From contig OX597817.1 of assembly GCA_951406725.2 (NCBI GenBank), forward strand, positions 28,706,001 through 28,770,000: a stretch of DNA of 64,000 nucleotides. The letters run 5' to 3'. The notes under the pieces are model-generated. The model was not told the origin of the DNA. It saw only the letters and a program-made list of their open reading frames with translations, and did no database searches. Positions 26,189-40,620 of the stretch are shown piece by piece (within the stretch, counting starts at the first letter, position 1; the number at the start of each line of letters is the position of its first letter). A program made the position numbers and the translations under genes. This stretch comes from Octopus vulgaris (taxonomy: Eukaryota).

Positions 26189-28532
26189 TATATTGTAGCT
26201 ACTGTTATATAAAATATTAAAGTTCTTAAGCAGAATTGTAACAAGAGGAGAAATGAAGAAGCAGTTGGGTGCTCCTTCTCCTGAGTGCAATATGAAGGTG
26301 TGCAAAATTTCCTCTCATTTAGCATGTCTATTAATTAAGGTAAGGGCATCAAACTATCTTTTTCTCCTGGGTGAGAGCCCTTGTTACACTACTGTGTTTG
26401 ATCATAAGTTGGTTTGATTGGACCTGACTTAGGGTTAAATAATCACATCAATTTCTAATAGACTCTGAACTCACTATTTTGTGTTTCTACTCTAAACAGA
26501 TGTATATTTCCTTGTATGTACAAGAGAAGTTAACTTTCCAAACACAATATGTGCCAGGTGTATTTAAAGATCAAATGCAACAAACAGATCTAAAAGTTGT
26601 AATTGAAGAACATAAGATAATAATTGTGTGAGAAATGGAATGCAAATTTACTCAGATTATATCGTCTGTGGGCTCTAAGTTGAGTCTTTTCAGTAAAACA
26701 TCTTGATTCATGGCTTCTGATTTTTCACTTTTATGAGATTTATGTAACCAGAACAATAGCAAATACACTAAACATTAATTTGAATAATTTGTAAAACAAA
26801 TTCATCCTGCATCTTATTGATATGTTTTCATTACTTTTTGCTTCACTAAAAATGATTCTCGAGTTTTCTTTTTCTGCATTGCTAAATATCTCCTAAGTCT
26901 TACTCTCTCTCTCTTTTCCCATATCTTTTATTTATTTCCCTGATTCTTAGTCAACATTCCTTCTTTTAAATAATTTCACTCTATCTTTCTCACTAGCAGT
27001 CTAAAATCCTGGTTCACTTTTACTACACTTGTTTGAGATGATTTCTTAAAAACTGAATTGAAACTAATAATTTATCTCTCATCTTTGTACCAAACAAGTT
27101 ACTTCTCATCTCCCACTTTCTGCTTTAATGTAACTGCATCTTTTTTTCTTCTTCCAATTATTCCCTTTATCAATAAACTTTATGTTCCTTCATAAATGAA
27201 CAATTATTGCAACAGGTTGCACTTTCTTCTAGCAGCTCCTTCTTACACACATTCAAATTTTTTTTTCTCCTAATGTTTTTCCTGTCTCACAGAATGACAG
27301 TGTTCATTTCCATCTTTAGCCAGTCCTTTCTTTCTCTCTTTTCCCAATCAGTTACTGTTTTTGTTGCCCCAAATCAATTATCCACTTTTTTTTTTAAAGA
27401 TAATGATATAGAAGAATTACTAATCCTTGTTTTCATTCCCTCCACATTTTCCTCATGCACAATAATGATGATCTGTCTTTCATTGCATAAAGAACCATGT
27501 CACTAAGCTTTAGGCTTTCCACTGCCAAATACCATACTAAATAACTGGTTTCTATAAACTGAAATATAATTAAAGCAAAACTACTTTGGCAAAATCCTCA
27601 GTGCTCAAAATCAGTAACAAATGACTTAACACAGAATCTTTCATGAAAATCTTTATTGAAAATTAAATCTTCTTAGAAATAAGAAAAATAAATCAAGTTT
27701 CAACAAATATTTGTTAATAACCTAGGCTATGTTATTTATTTTTTTTCTTAATCAAAGGTATTTTCCATTTATTTAAGCCTCCATGATTCAGATAGGAATT
27801 AGAGTAATAATAGTTTAAGACAAATTATGTATGCATTGTCACCTTTTGCTGACTGTGCTTGGAGTTATTTTGTGTGTGCATTTTTTCTTCTTCTCTTTAT
27901 CATTTTCCTTAGCATATGTTCGTGGGTACATAGTTGCACACACACACACACACACACCAACGATACACATTCTCACGTCTTTTACGATATTACTGAGAAG
28001 TTTCTGGATTGATATGATAGGAATTTAACTTAATACTGCAAGCTAATGAAATACTTGTCAAATCCACTGCATTGCTTTTGCACACAGTAATGAATTATCC
28101 TTCTCATGTGGAAACTGTTAGCATTCAGTTGACTGAGCCATTGAAAACTAAAGGTCTTTGACACAGCCATATAACAGTGCTGATGACAGTATATATATAT
28201 GAATCTTTTAACTACTTTTTCAATGACATATGGCATTCAGATATACACATAGTGTCCAGCAAATCAGTGTTATACTTCACCATTTAAACAATGGTGAAAC
28301 TATTGTGTTGACTTGTTTTGTAAAAACGTAGAATTTGTAGATGTAGAACCTGTTTCAAATATGCTTGAGAGTTTGTTATGAAAGCTTTGCTTGCAATATC
28401 AACATAGCGTATTCTATAATAAATTTGACTATGAGAAGATTATAGGTAAAATCATAATGAATAGAATGAGAATGGGTTATCGGAAGGCCAGTGATGTATA
28501 ATGATCATTTAAAAATGTTTCATTAATATATA

Positions 28533-28675
28533 TCATCATCATCATCTTAATGTCCATTTTCCATGTTGACACAGGTTGGACAGTTTTACTAGATCCTGCA
28601 AACCCCCAGGGCTGTATTGAGCTCTAATGCCAACCACTTTACAGTGTGTCCTGGATGCATTTTGTGTGCCACTAA
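28533..28675 (-). mobile_element. Short family C (RTE tail) fragment
   Basis: (CAT)n, TGTCCATTTTCCATG, CTAATGCCAACCACTTTACAG. Confidence 0.75.
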
Positions 28676-28749
28676 CATATATATATAATTATCTAATGCT
28701 GCTGGAACTTAATACTAGAATAAAGCATTTACTGTTTGAATACCAACTA

Positions 28750-28938
28750 CAGTAATCCCTTGCCATATTGTGGTTCACCTATTATACACTCAGTACATCT
28801 CTGATTTTTCTGACTAATGTATGTAAATTTATATCACAGATTCCTCAGCATATCACAGGTTTTCTGCAGGTGATAGGTATTTATATTTTTTTAGATTGTA
28901 ATTATTTCTGTGGGAGGTTTTGAGTCAAGGGATTATTG
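28750..28938. mobile_element. pogo/Tigger-like MITE
   Basis: TA|CAGTAATCCCTTG ... CAAGGGATTATTG|TA: 13-bp TIRs with one mismatch, CAGT terminus, TA target duplication. Confidence 0.75.
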
Positions 28939-30869
28939 TATTAGAGTTATTATGATAAGATTATTTCTGGTGAAATACCTCTCACAAACCATTGTTTCTA
29001 GAGGAAAGCTAGATAAATTAAGGTGGTTCAAAAAGTTTGATTCATCGAAAATTTATTTGAATACCTACCATAAATTGGTACAAAAAGCACATGTAAATAT
29101 ATATAAACATGTAAAGTTAGATAACAATAACTGACAATATAAAATACTGTGATAGAATTTTCATAAAATACCATAAAATGTGAACTATGTTGTTTCTTCA
29201 AAATTCTATAGTTTTCTTCTGATTCTGTTTAATCTTTCACTCAGCAAAGATGGAAAAGAATCTTAAAAGAAAGAAAAAAAACAGTATAGAAGATGTCTTT
29301 TAATTGGGTGGGTAACCAATGTAGTATCCAGCTTTGTCTTTGATTTGGTCACGTTTGCCTTATTGCAATTACAGTTTTTGTAATCCAGCTTTGGAGGTGG
29401 GTGTATAGATCAACTGATCATGAATTCTTGCTTAGCTCTTCAATAGATTAGCCTTAGAATTATCTTTGAAAATTAGATCAGCTACTCCTGAAGCAATTAT
29501 TACTTATCTCATATTCTATGTATTTTACTTTAGGATAAGGAAAGTATATATGTGTGGGTGTGAGAAAGAGAAAGTGGGGCAGTTTAATGTATAGATAGAC
29601 AGTAGTATATCTGTATAAATCCCTCAGAATAATTTTATATACTGTATTCCTTTAAAGCATAGCACTCGACATGTCAATTAAGATTGCATTATTACTAATA
29701 AAATTATACTTGCAAAACACAGATAAGTGAAATACTTATAAGTTAATGGTTATAACACATTTGTCATCAAACAAATTTTCTGATCATTGGTTTCAGTTTG
29801 GGAGTTTCAAAGTGCAGTCAGTTGAGTTTGTTAATTTGATTCATTATTATAACGAATTCCTATTCTTCAACCCAAACTATCAGTCCGAAGTAAAGGAAAT
29901 AGAATTGCTTAAGATCACAAGAATTGAACCTAACTTCATTTAAACACCTCACTGACCATAATGGCTCAGCTATGTAGTAGACGCACTATGATTGAAACAT
30001 TGATAATACTAATTACATTAATGTTGGCAAAGCTAATATTATCATTAGTATTGTGGAAAATATTAATTAAAAGAAGAATGCTAATAACATCTACAATATT
30101 GGTAATGTGAAATTAATATCAATTAGATTAATGATGTCATTGACAATATTAATTATATAAGAATGATTAATTGGTGAGATCAAATTTATTGATTTTGTTG
30201 CAGCAGGAATACAGCTGTTTTTACATTGTTCTGCAACATATTATCTGTTTCTGTGAATGTTAACCTCTAGTGACACCACAGCGGAATTGTGAGATGTATA
30301 TATATTTCATGTCTGTTTCATGACTTCTTCTTGTTAGTTGTTGATACAATACTTTCCAGACATCAAGACTTACTTTTAACTGCTGGCATTAATTTTCTAA
30401 ATTACAAATACGTATCATTACAGCTGTTTATGTGGTATGTCTTTATCTAAATACATATTGGTGTCCGCATGCAGGATTGACCTTGATGAACAAGATATGT
30501 TCCTAACTTTGATTTAATTAATTAAAAAATGTTATTTGCATTGTTCTATTGAAAATCAAGATAGTCATCTGACTGCCTGTCTACCTTACTGAAGAAAATC
30601 TTTATTCTATGTTTTTTTCTCCACTTACTGTAAACATGTTCTTAACATTGGCTGCATCATTCTCCATTCTGTTTTTTCACTCGTGTTTACTTACTTTTTA
30701 GACTTCGCTTGTTTTATAGATTAAAAAATATTTTCTGTGTCTATCTATTAGTACCTTCCTTCCTTAAAGTTCACCCTCTTGTGATCTTCAAAAAACTGTA
30801 TCTGAGTGCATGTAGGCACACCTGCACATGTGCACATACACACATACATGAGAGACAAAAATCATATAA

Positions 30870-31280
30870 AGTTTCTACTGTTTGTGGACTTACAATAAAC
30901 CTGATGAAGAGTAAGGTGATATTTACACTTTCTCCAGGAGGGACCTATGTGGAAACAAATAAACTTGTGTAAGGGACCAGGTTTTCTGTTATGGATTCTT
31001 TCATGTATTTGGTAGAAATAGAATGGATCCTTAGATACTACAATGAATTTGAGGATTAATATAGCACTATTTCCATTTGAGACTGAAGAAATTATTCTGA
31101 TCATACAGAGGTTTAACACTGTCCCATAAGCTTTGCATCTATAGTGCTGTCATCATCACATCCCTGTTATATCTGCACATCAAAATACTGGAGAGATTCA
31201 TCAAGTGCAGAAAAAGGCATGTTGTCTCAGCATGCAAGCTCATTCCATCATATGCGATAGGCTGGTTAAGTCATGTCTAG
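30870..31280 (+). mobile_element. Decayed RTE (BovB-like) ORF fragment
   Basis: YSAVIITSLLY and HIKILERF resemble VY.A.V...LLYG and HI..LERFH of the RTE C-terminal region. Confidence 0.5.
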
Positions 31281-31404
31281 CACTTCTCTTATTTATTTTT
31301 ATTTATAACTTTTCTGTTTTTATTTATTTGTTCAGTGTCCTTCACTTTTCTCTTTCTTTGTCTTTTTAAATCTACAAAATTTTGAAAAATTTCACCGACA
31401 TATA

Positions 31405-31809
31405 GGCGCAGGAGTGGCTGTGTGGTAAGTAGCTTGTTTACCAACCACGTGGTTCCGGGTTCAGTCCCACTGCGTGGCACCTTAGGCAAGTGTCTTCTAC
31501 TGTAGCCTCGGGCCGACCAATGCCTTGTGAGTGGATTTGGTAGACGGAAACTGAAAGAAGCCTGTCATATATATGTATATATATATATATGTGTGTGTGT
31601 GTTTGTGTGTCTGTGTTTGTCCCCCTAGCATTGCTTGACAACCGATGCTGGTGTGTGTATGTCCCCGTTACTTAGCAGTTCGGCAAAAGAGACTGATAGA
31701 ATAAGTACTGGGCTTACAATAGAATAAGTCCTGGGGTCGAGTTGTCCTGGTGCTCCAGCATGGCCGCAGTCAAATGACTGAAACAAGTAAAAGTGTAAGA
31801 AAAAGAGTA
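31405..31809 (+). mobile_element. tRNA-derived SINE, family A, full length
   Basis: Near-identical to 420-840. Confidence 0.95.
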
Positions 31810-33719
31810 TATTGATTACTACTAAATTTCTGGGTAGATTTTCCAGCCAATGTAATGGGATGCATGCATAAATATTAGGGACCCTCAAAATATCCCAAAC
31901 CCCATTGCTTTGGGGGATGAAGAGGAACCAGTAAGTAAAGTGCAGTAAAATTCAGTCTTCCTGTACTGTAGAAGATACATTTGCTCAATGCAAACAACAA
32001 CAACAATAATAAACTGACACATACCTACATACAGTTATGCACACATGTATTATGTTCACACACAGATACTGATTTTATTTTGAAAAATCATACATTCTTC
32101 TCTTTATATCTTAGTTTTATATTTCAGTTGTGTTTGGTTTCTTTTTAACCAAAGACACACAAAATGATATCTGAAAACTATTTCCAACATGAACAAATAT
32201 TCTTGGTTACTGTATTTCTTTCTTTCTTTAAATTCTGCATAATCATGCGGTGGGTAAAAATCTTCTTTTAACTGAAGTGAAGATGACTAAGAAGAAGGTA
32301 AAAAAAAAAACAAAAAAAAACAAGTCATTCAATGAAATATTTATATCATCTCTCAAGGAATCTTATCTTATTTTTTAATTTTTTTTATTTTTACACTTTT
32401 GTTATTTTATTCTTCTTCATTTTCTTCCACCCAAATTTTCTGTTTTCTTCCTTTTCTTACCTTTTTTTTTATTTGTATTGTTAATATTGCTAGTTTGGTG
32501 AAAATGGAATAATGAAGACAATTGCATTTCTTTGAAATTGATAATACACTTGCAAATCTTCTGAAAGTAACAATAAATATCTTGTCGGGTTTATACGGGA
32601 GGCAGTGTAATCAATTGGATCGTATGAAAATGTATCATTATTTAGAAAGAAAAGGAATTTAATACTCTATAATTTCATTATATTTGAAACATAGATCTGA
32701 AAAATATTTTACATTTTATGATAGTAAATTTATTTAATGTTTTCCTATTGCATTTTGCAGATTTATCTCTATTTTTTACATTGTTCTTTTTTCTTTTTTT
32801 GTTTTACTTCCTTACTTTCTTGTTATTTTGTTGTTATTTTTTCCTTCCTTCCTCTCTTATAAATATTCTTTCTTTTTCTTTTGAAATGTGTTTATTGAAA
32901 GGAAATGTTGTCTTGTAGCAGGGGAAAAAATTTTTTTTAAGAAATAGAAAAAGAAAATTGAAGAGAAAGGTATTATAAAATAATGGATAAAAATAAAATG
33001 AGAAAAATATAGAAACAAATTCAATAAAGGCAAACAAATCTTCCACAATTAATCTACTTTTATTTTTATATTTGTTGCACATACACACACACAAAGAAAA
33101 GGACTTAAAATAAATTTTAAAATAATAGATAAATGCATACCATGAGACATGAACTGAAAATCACTAACGAAGCAGGAGAAAAAAAAAGTCAAACTAGAGG
33201 GGAGAAAAAAACCGGAGAAAGTGCTTTGGATTAAAATCTTCTGATTCATTAGCTTAATTTATCACATTACCCCCTGCCATAGCCTTTCTTCCTGTTCCTC
33301 CATTATCTTATTCAATATGTTATTCTTCAACAGCTTCGATCATTTTTCATTCTAAATACAATATTTCATTTCATTTTCTTCATTATTTACTTATTTCCTA
33401 ATGTTAAGTTTCGTAACTTCTTTAAATAGTTTGATTACAAAGCAAAACAAAATATCTTTATTGGAAGCACATCTGTAAAAAACAAATGCACAAACAAAAT
33501 ACTCACTCTTCCCTAATCAATCAAATTAAGTAGTCTTAAGAATTGTTATTTACTATGTGATTCTCCTATAATGTGTGCGTAGATATCAATGTATATTTAT
33601 ATATTTGCATGCATATGTACATGTACACATGAACATATATGTACCGGTGCACACACACACACACTCTCTCAATCAAATATGCATGCATGCAGATACATAT
33701 ATATATACAAAGAAGGTCT

Positions 33720-34450
33720 TGATATGAAATACTCAGCCTACCACAAGGAGATGATTCATCGGTATGTTTCCTGAAGACTTGATGATGAAGTGTGGTCTTT
33801 GATGAACTCGTAACTGCATTACATCACACTTTGACGTTTATGCATTCACTGTCCATTAGCAAGAGATTGCTACAAAATACCCGAGACGCAATAATAGACA
33901 GTGGGGTCCTTGGAGGCCCAAGGTGCAACTGGAAATGTCAAACATATCACATTTCTGTGGATGACTTCACACATATGATCAGCAGCCACCCAGAAATGTT
34001 ATGAAGGTACAACAACCCAATGCAACTTGCTAAAACAATATACAATGCCATCAGAAAAAGGACTGTCCTTGGGAAAATAAAATGAATTCCCTTGCTATTC
34101 AATACATACATGCACACACACACATACACACATCAGTGAAAAAGATATTGCTGAACATTCTTATTAAAACTGTTGCTAAGTGTAAATATAACAGACCAGT
34201 GTCATTTGGTACCATCATAGAGTTCAGTTGCTTTGCTAAATTGAACATCTCTTTTATTTTCATAGAGAAAGAGAATACCTATGGACAACTGCTTTGAAAC
34301 CTTCAGTTTCTATAATCATATTATAAATTCACATTTATACCAGTAATAATTGGTGCACTTGGAATTGTTAGGAAATGACAATCAGGAATTGTTTGGAAAT
34401 GTCAATCAGGAAAAGCTAAGACTTTCGGAAAACAAAATAAACTAAGCTAA
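33720..34450 (+). mobile_element. R4/Dong-like (RLE-clade) non-LTR retrotransposon 3' fragment: CCHC finger and restriction-like endonuclease
   Basis: HISVDDFTHMISSHPEM (CCHC relic), AKTIYNAIRK, KCKYNRP (RPD motif), IIEFSC, EKENTYGQLL, FIPVIIGALGIV. Confidence 0.8.
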
Positions 34451-34748
34451 CATGCACATTACAAACATAATGTGAAAATATGCAAGACTTTTCTCAAATT
34501 CATAGTGTCACACACACATGCACACATCTTTGTTTCCAAATGTTCTGCAGTTTGGGGTCTATCATCAAATGTGTCTATCTGTTTTTTATGAGGCAATAGT
34601 ATGTAATGTGAGGGAAATTTGGTTGCTATTTCAACCAAATTAAGCAACCTGTTACCATTTTATCTGATGAAATTTTATTGCTAAGCGTTCTGAGTGGATA
34701 TGGTAAATGGAAACTGAAAGGTGTGTGTGTGTGTGTGTATTATATATA

Positions 34749-34957
34749 GGGTGGGAAGCTAGCATAATTGTTGGCATGTCAAGTAAAATACTTAGTACAT
34801 TTTGTGTCTTTATTTTCTGAGTTCAGATTCCACTGAGGTCAATTTTGGCTTTCATCCTATTGGGATTGATGAAACTGATGCCAATTGAACATTGGGGTTG
34901 ATGTAATTGACTTACCCCTCCCCCAAAATTTCAAGCCTTGTGTTATACTAGAAAGAT
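34749..34957 (+). mobile_element. Old family B SINE
   Basis: TTCTGAGTTCAGATTCCACTGAGGTCAA..CTTTCATCC; tail AAATTTCAAGCCTTGTG. Confidence 0.75.
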
Positions 34958-34986
34958 ACATAGATATATATATATATATATATATG

Positions 34987-35745
34987 TAAGGTCATCCATA
35001 TATAATGTGATTTTTCTATACTACTTTTATTTTTCAAAATTAAGATAAACAAAGTTCTTTTTTAATCTGAAATACACTCTCCTTCATTTTCTACAATGCT
35101 CTTCCATCTATCTAGTATACTTGCAAGGCCCCTCTTCCAAAATTCACTTGTCTGTGACAAAAAATACTTCCCCAGTACTGTTCTGACCTAATGTCATCCA
35201 TGCTGTATGTGGTTGAGCATTACCCTGATGAAAGAACACATTTCGCCTTGAAACCAAAGATGATCATTTTTCTTCTTGAGCTGACTTAAGCCACTCAATC
35301 TATTTGCAGTAGATATCCTTTGTTATTGTTTGGCTTGGATTTAAAAGTCAAAAGTGGACTAAACCGTTTGTATCCCACCAAACAAATAACAACACCTTAT
35401 GTGAGTGAAGACCTTCTTTAGCCTTGAGCACCTGTGTTTCTCCTTTGAAGGTTACCTACATCCTTGTCAAGCTCTACAGGTTTTCCAGAACAAAGCCCAT
35501 CTTCTAGGATGTAGTTTGGAATTTCTGGAAACACTGTTGACACTGGCTTACACTTATTGTCCGATCTCCATATACGGCATCAATATTCCTCGCACTTTCT
35601 GTTGCATTGTTTCCTTTATTGAACTCTGAAAGCAAAATCTGCTGAATAGGCCCCTTTGCCACTTCCATTATTGCTTTGAAACATAGCTGTTAAAATCGAA
35701 CTGCACTAAGAATAAGGACAAGGTAAAATTACTACCTGCTTTTAT
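34987..35745 (-). mobile_element. Internally deleted mariner transposon
   Basis: Minus strand from 35668: MEVAKGPIQQILLSEFNKGNNATESARNIDAVYGDRTISVSQCQQCFQKF (HTH); VFFHQGNAQPH (HDNARPH motif); RWKSIVENEGECI C-terminus. Much shorter than a full mariner. Confidence 0.85.
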
Positions 35746-36274
35746 TAGCAAGTTGATGCAGGTAGTTTATCCCATCCTCCTCCAACTTTTAGTACACGCA
35801 ATTGAAACAAATCACATTATTTATGGAATGACTCAATATGTATGCATGTATGTATGTATGTATGTATGTATGTATGCATGTACATATACATTCATGTATG
35901 TATGTGTCTGTGTGTGTATGTTTCTGTTTCCTTGCCTAGACTTCATGTAATTGTTGTAGCTGAATGTTACTGTCATACAAGCGGTGTCCTTCATTTCAAA
36001 ACTTACATGAAAGCATGTCTGGTATAGGATGAGATTAACTTAATTGGAAACCGGTGAGTGTTGAAAACAAGAGGGATATCAGGCTATAGAAAATCCTCCC
36101 CCCTCACACCTTGCAAGCATGGAAAAGTGGATGTTAAAATGACAATGTTGATAACGAGATAAGAATGACAATTTTGCCTTAAAAATTACTTGTGTTATAT
36201 ATGTATTTGTATGTTTTTCCATTGTTTTTTAAGTAATCTTAGTATACTTATTTTGCTGTATCAAAAAGTTGTTG

Positions 36275-36670
36275 GTGTCGCAGTGAGTTGGCAGAATTGT
36301 TAGTGCACTGAAAGAAATGCCTTGTGGCATTTGTTCTGGCTCTTTGAAATTTTAAGTTCAAATCTCACCATAGTCAATTTTTCCCTTCACCTTTTTGGGG
36401 TTGTTAAAATAAAGTACCAATTTCTACAGCTGGATGTTCTTCCTAATGCCAACCACACTGAGAGTGTAGCAGGTGCTTTTATGTGCCACCAGCACGAGGG
36501 CCAGTCAGGCAGTTCTGGCAACGACCATGCTCAAAAGGTGTTTTTTTATGTGCTACCTGCATGGGAGCCAGTCTGGCAACGACCATGCTCGAATGTTGTT
36601 TTTCACGTGCCACTGGCACATGTGTCAGCACGATGATGCTGGCAACGATCATACTTAAATGGTGCTTTAT
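36275..36670. mobile_element. Family B SINE head (+) fused to a family C fragment (-)
   Basis: GTGAGTTGGCAGAATTGTTAG...AAAGTACCAA abuts TTTCTACAGCTGGATGTTCTTCCTAATGCCAACCAC at ~36420, followed by three CTGGCAACGA(C/T)CAT units. Confidence 0.75.
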
Positions 36671-36679
36671 TGTTTAACC

Positions 36680-36870
36680 CCAGCTCAGTCAGGATTAAGT
36701 AGACTTAAGAGCTTTGGCATGCCAGCCAAAATCACTGTCATTTTTAGATAGGCACAGTCTATTTGGATAATCATATTCTGTTGTCCCTTTCCTTTTAAAT
36801 ACAGTAGGTTGTAATTTGAGGAGATTTGATGACTAGTTCTAGCAAGTCAAATGCTCCTTTGTTGGCTTGT
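36680..36870 (-). mobile_element. Old interspersed repeat (also at ~39420-39590 and ~42690-42810)
   Basis: Shared TAATTTGAG.AGATTTG.(C)TG.TA.TTCTAGCA block in three co-oriented copies; strand is inferred. Confidence 0.55.
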
Positions 36871-37682
36871 CTGTTATTTCCCTAAGGTAAAAACAGCTAG
36901 TTACTGAAGGAAGATTGATGACCTGCATCCACAAATATATCATTACATTGCCACTGTTTTTATCACTTTTGTTTGCTCAGTTGAATCTTTGCTAATGAAG
37001 GTTGGAAGACTAAATTTTGTATATATTGTAAATTATTACCAAAAGATTGATATCTTTATTCTTTAAGATATTTTTCTTAGTTACTTAGATAACAAGTATG
37101 AAGCTTGCTTCTTATCAATAGGTGTCATATGTTGGGTATGCCACAACCTATCCAAAAAAAAAAAGGAAAGGAAGAAAAACAAGCAAAAACAAGCATCCCA
37201 AAACGATTATTTGTGTGCAAAATGAAATGCAAGTAAAAATACACTCCCTCATATCAGAGCAATATAATTTAATTCAGAAGTTGACAGCTATGATAGTTAT
37301 TAGTGGAAGTAAAATATTTCTTTTTGTTTCATTTTATGACTGTTTCATCAATATTGGGTCATAATGTTTCCTAATTATGTAACAGAATGAGAAGGAGGTG
37401 GTGTACATTGTACATTGCCCTGCTTGTACATATAATTATTGTTGTGTTTAGTGTTGTTATTATAGTGATAATAGCTTTCATATTTGCCTTGTTTCTCTTT
37501 CAAAGGCCTGGTGTATGTATCTGTGTCAGTATTGCATGTTTTTGTGTATGTGTGAGAGCGAAAGTGTGTGTACAGTTTTGTGAAAAATCTCTATGTATGC
37601 AGTCATTGATTGTATAGTACTCTTGATATGACTCTTGATTTTGTTTTTGTTTTTTCATATCTATTGTTGTGTTAATAATATC

Positions 37683-37696
37683 TATTATTATTATTA

Positions 37697-37739
<43 letters not shown>

Positions 37740-37740
37740 C
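37683..37740. repeat. (ATT)n microsatellite
   Basis: Directly visible. Confidence 0.95.
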
Positions 37741-40620
37741 ATGAAACTATATTTATAATGAAAAATACCTCCTGAAGTGCAATATTTTATTATCTTTTGT
37801 ATATTCCTTCTTGTTTTATTTTTAATATACTCCCACCACATCTTTATTATTCATTATGCATGTTTTATTATTAGTAAGCACTCAATTTTTATTGTGTGTA
37901 TATATATATGTCTGCATGTGTGTACACATGTGTATGTTTGTACATGCATATAATAATAGTGACATAACGGCATTTGTACTACTAATAGCTGTTTTGATGA
38001 CTATGCTGATAATCATTGAAACAAAACTTGTAATAATAGTTGCCAGAGTACCCATGGAAATTCCATGGTTATGTTGAAAGTTTATGGAAACCCATGAAAT
38101 ATATACTTACGTGTATGTATGTGCATACAGATGTATCGAAACGCATACACACATACCAACATATATAAAGTGTACATACATTACGTAGACAGATTTTGGT
38201 AATCATTGCATTGCATTTGTGTATTGAATTAATACTTTCAAACTAATCATACTGTTATTTTATTTAGTACTTCAAAAATATTTTGAACAAATTCAGTGAG
38301 AGAATTTTATAACTAAAGACACAGTGATATCGGAAACTTTGCTACATTTTCATATTTTTTTTTTACTTCTCCGCCATCTCCATATCACTTTCTGCTCTGT
38401 CTCTTGCATATTTCTTTCTGCACTGCCTGTTGCATATTTACTTCAACTCCCATTCTTGCTTTACCCTCTCACACCTTAGAATTCTCTGTCTCCCTCTCTA
38501 CCTCAGCCTCTCACTTTTTGAATCCTCGGTCTTCCCCTTCCTCTCCTTCTCTATCACACACAGAAACTTCTTTTCCTATTATGACTCCATGCTATCTTTC
38601 CTTCTCCCTCTCTCTCTTTTTCTCTCTACATGCAGTTTCCCTATAAAGCACCTTCACCAGCATTTACCATTATAATCTCTTTCTCTAAATATATATTCTA
38701 CTACTCTCTGCATTCAATGTTCTCAATACCAACACCACCATTGCCATCTCCACCACCACCACCACCACCACCACTACCATAGCTATCATCTATTTTTGTT
38801 GTTGTTTTTGTGTTACTTTCTTTAACACAATGCATAAAATAGCAGAGTAAGAACATATAATTGTATTAATGAGTAGATCATTGTGTCTATAGTGGAGGTA
38901 CGGTAGTAACAATTGAGATAATAATATTCATAAAGACTGCACTAAATGTATGTATTTGTGAGTGACTTAAATGATAAGGCATATTGTGTTGATGAATCTA
39001 AGGAATAAGGACAGTCTTAAGAGACTAGGACTACTTTTATTCCTGTTGACTCAGTTAATGTTCAATAAAAACATTTACAAATGAGGATTTCAAGAAAAAT
39101 ACAGGTAGGGAAATATTATCAGTAAGTTGTAGCTCTTGGAAGAATTTGTAGGGCAATTTGTATAGAAAAGTCAATTCAAGTAAATAAGGTTGACTGGGAT
39201 GCATGTACACAAATTGTGAGCTTAAAGGGGTGAGTGGTAGAATAAAGAAAATGAGGAAATAGAGATGTCTGGTGACTGTAAATTGTTGGTGAATGAAAAT
39301 ATGCCAATCAGTTGGATGACATTTTGCTTGAATTTGACTTATAACAGCTGCTCTGTGAGGAAAAAATTGATGGTAAAATGGTCAGTGATATTCCAGTAGT
39401 CATAGCTGTCTGAATGCAAGCCTTCTCTGACCAAGTAAACCTATGGTCAAAGGCATTCCAGCTGTCACCATCTTATGTTTATTTAACTTGTCTTTCTAAT
39501 TTTTAAGATGGTGGGTGTGATTTGAAACAGATTTGGCTGCTATTTCTAGCATGCTGGTTAGTCACATAAAATTTCCTTCATTGGGTGTTTATCATGGCAG
39601 TAGATATAATTGGCAATATTTCTGATTGTGTCAATGTTAGGATACTTATAACAAATAATCTTGGAATATATCATTGCAGTCGTGATTAATTTGAATTCAA
39701 TAGGATTTAAAATTCATCATTATTAAGTAAATATTTGAAACAATTGCATTTATAGAATTACCAAGATTTCTGAATATTTCATTCTATCTTATAATTTCCA
39801 AATGTTTCATTCTATCTCATAATTTCCAAATATTGCACAAAATTTCCAAATGCTTGATTGCATCATCAATTGATGTTCAAAGCAACTCTCCATAGATTTT
39901 ACATAATTATCTTAGTCTTTAAATAATATTCCAGCTGTTGCCCACTCTTTCAAGACACATCAATTACCATTCTCTGACAATATATTAGCCCTTTAACTTT
40001 CACACATTTTATGTGTGCGTGTTGGAAGGGGTATGCTTGTGTGTGTGTGTCTTTTCGTTATTGAATGTGAATCTTTAGTGACAGATGTAAGTAACCTGTG
40101 ATTAATGGACACATTTTGGTCATTTCAATCACTGTTCTTTATTTAAGAGATTACTCATTTTCTTTCTTTCCTCTCCCTCTTTCTTTACTTTCTTTGTATT
40201 TTCCCTTTCTCTGCAGCAGTCTAGTTTATTAGCATATGATAAACATGATATATAGATTTTTAATATTCTTATAGATGCTAAAACTATTGAAAATATCCTT
40301 TTATGACATATAAGTGAAGCTTAAACGATGTTCATGTCTGCTTTTCTGTATGGATATTTCATTTGTTGTGCACAAATTTAAGCATTTTTGTTCTTGAGGC
40401 AGATGTTTTTATAACTGTCTACCTTTCCTGGAACCAATTACTTTAACATAAAATAGAACTGGCAACTAATTTACAGTTTGCCTAAATACAAGGAAAACTC
40501 AGTTAAAGTTAGGTGGATAAAAATTAGAATTTATCTCCATTGTAAATTGATTAGATTGTATCTGGTTACTCTTAATGATTAGGAGGCATGCATCAATATT
40601 TAATGCTACATTTAATGTTA

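Noticed and set aside
32128-32297. Possible exon ending ATG ACT AAG AAG AAG|GTAAAA
   Set aside because: Weak donor running into poly-A, only five codons and no partner exon.
39777-39832. 28-bp tandem duplication
   Set aside because: Ordinary local slippage with no further structure.
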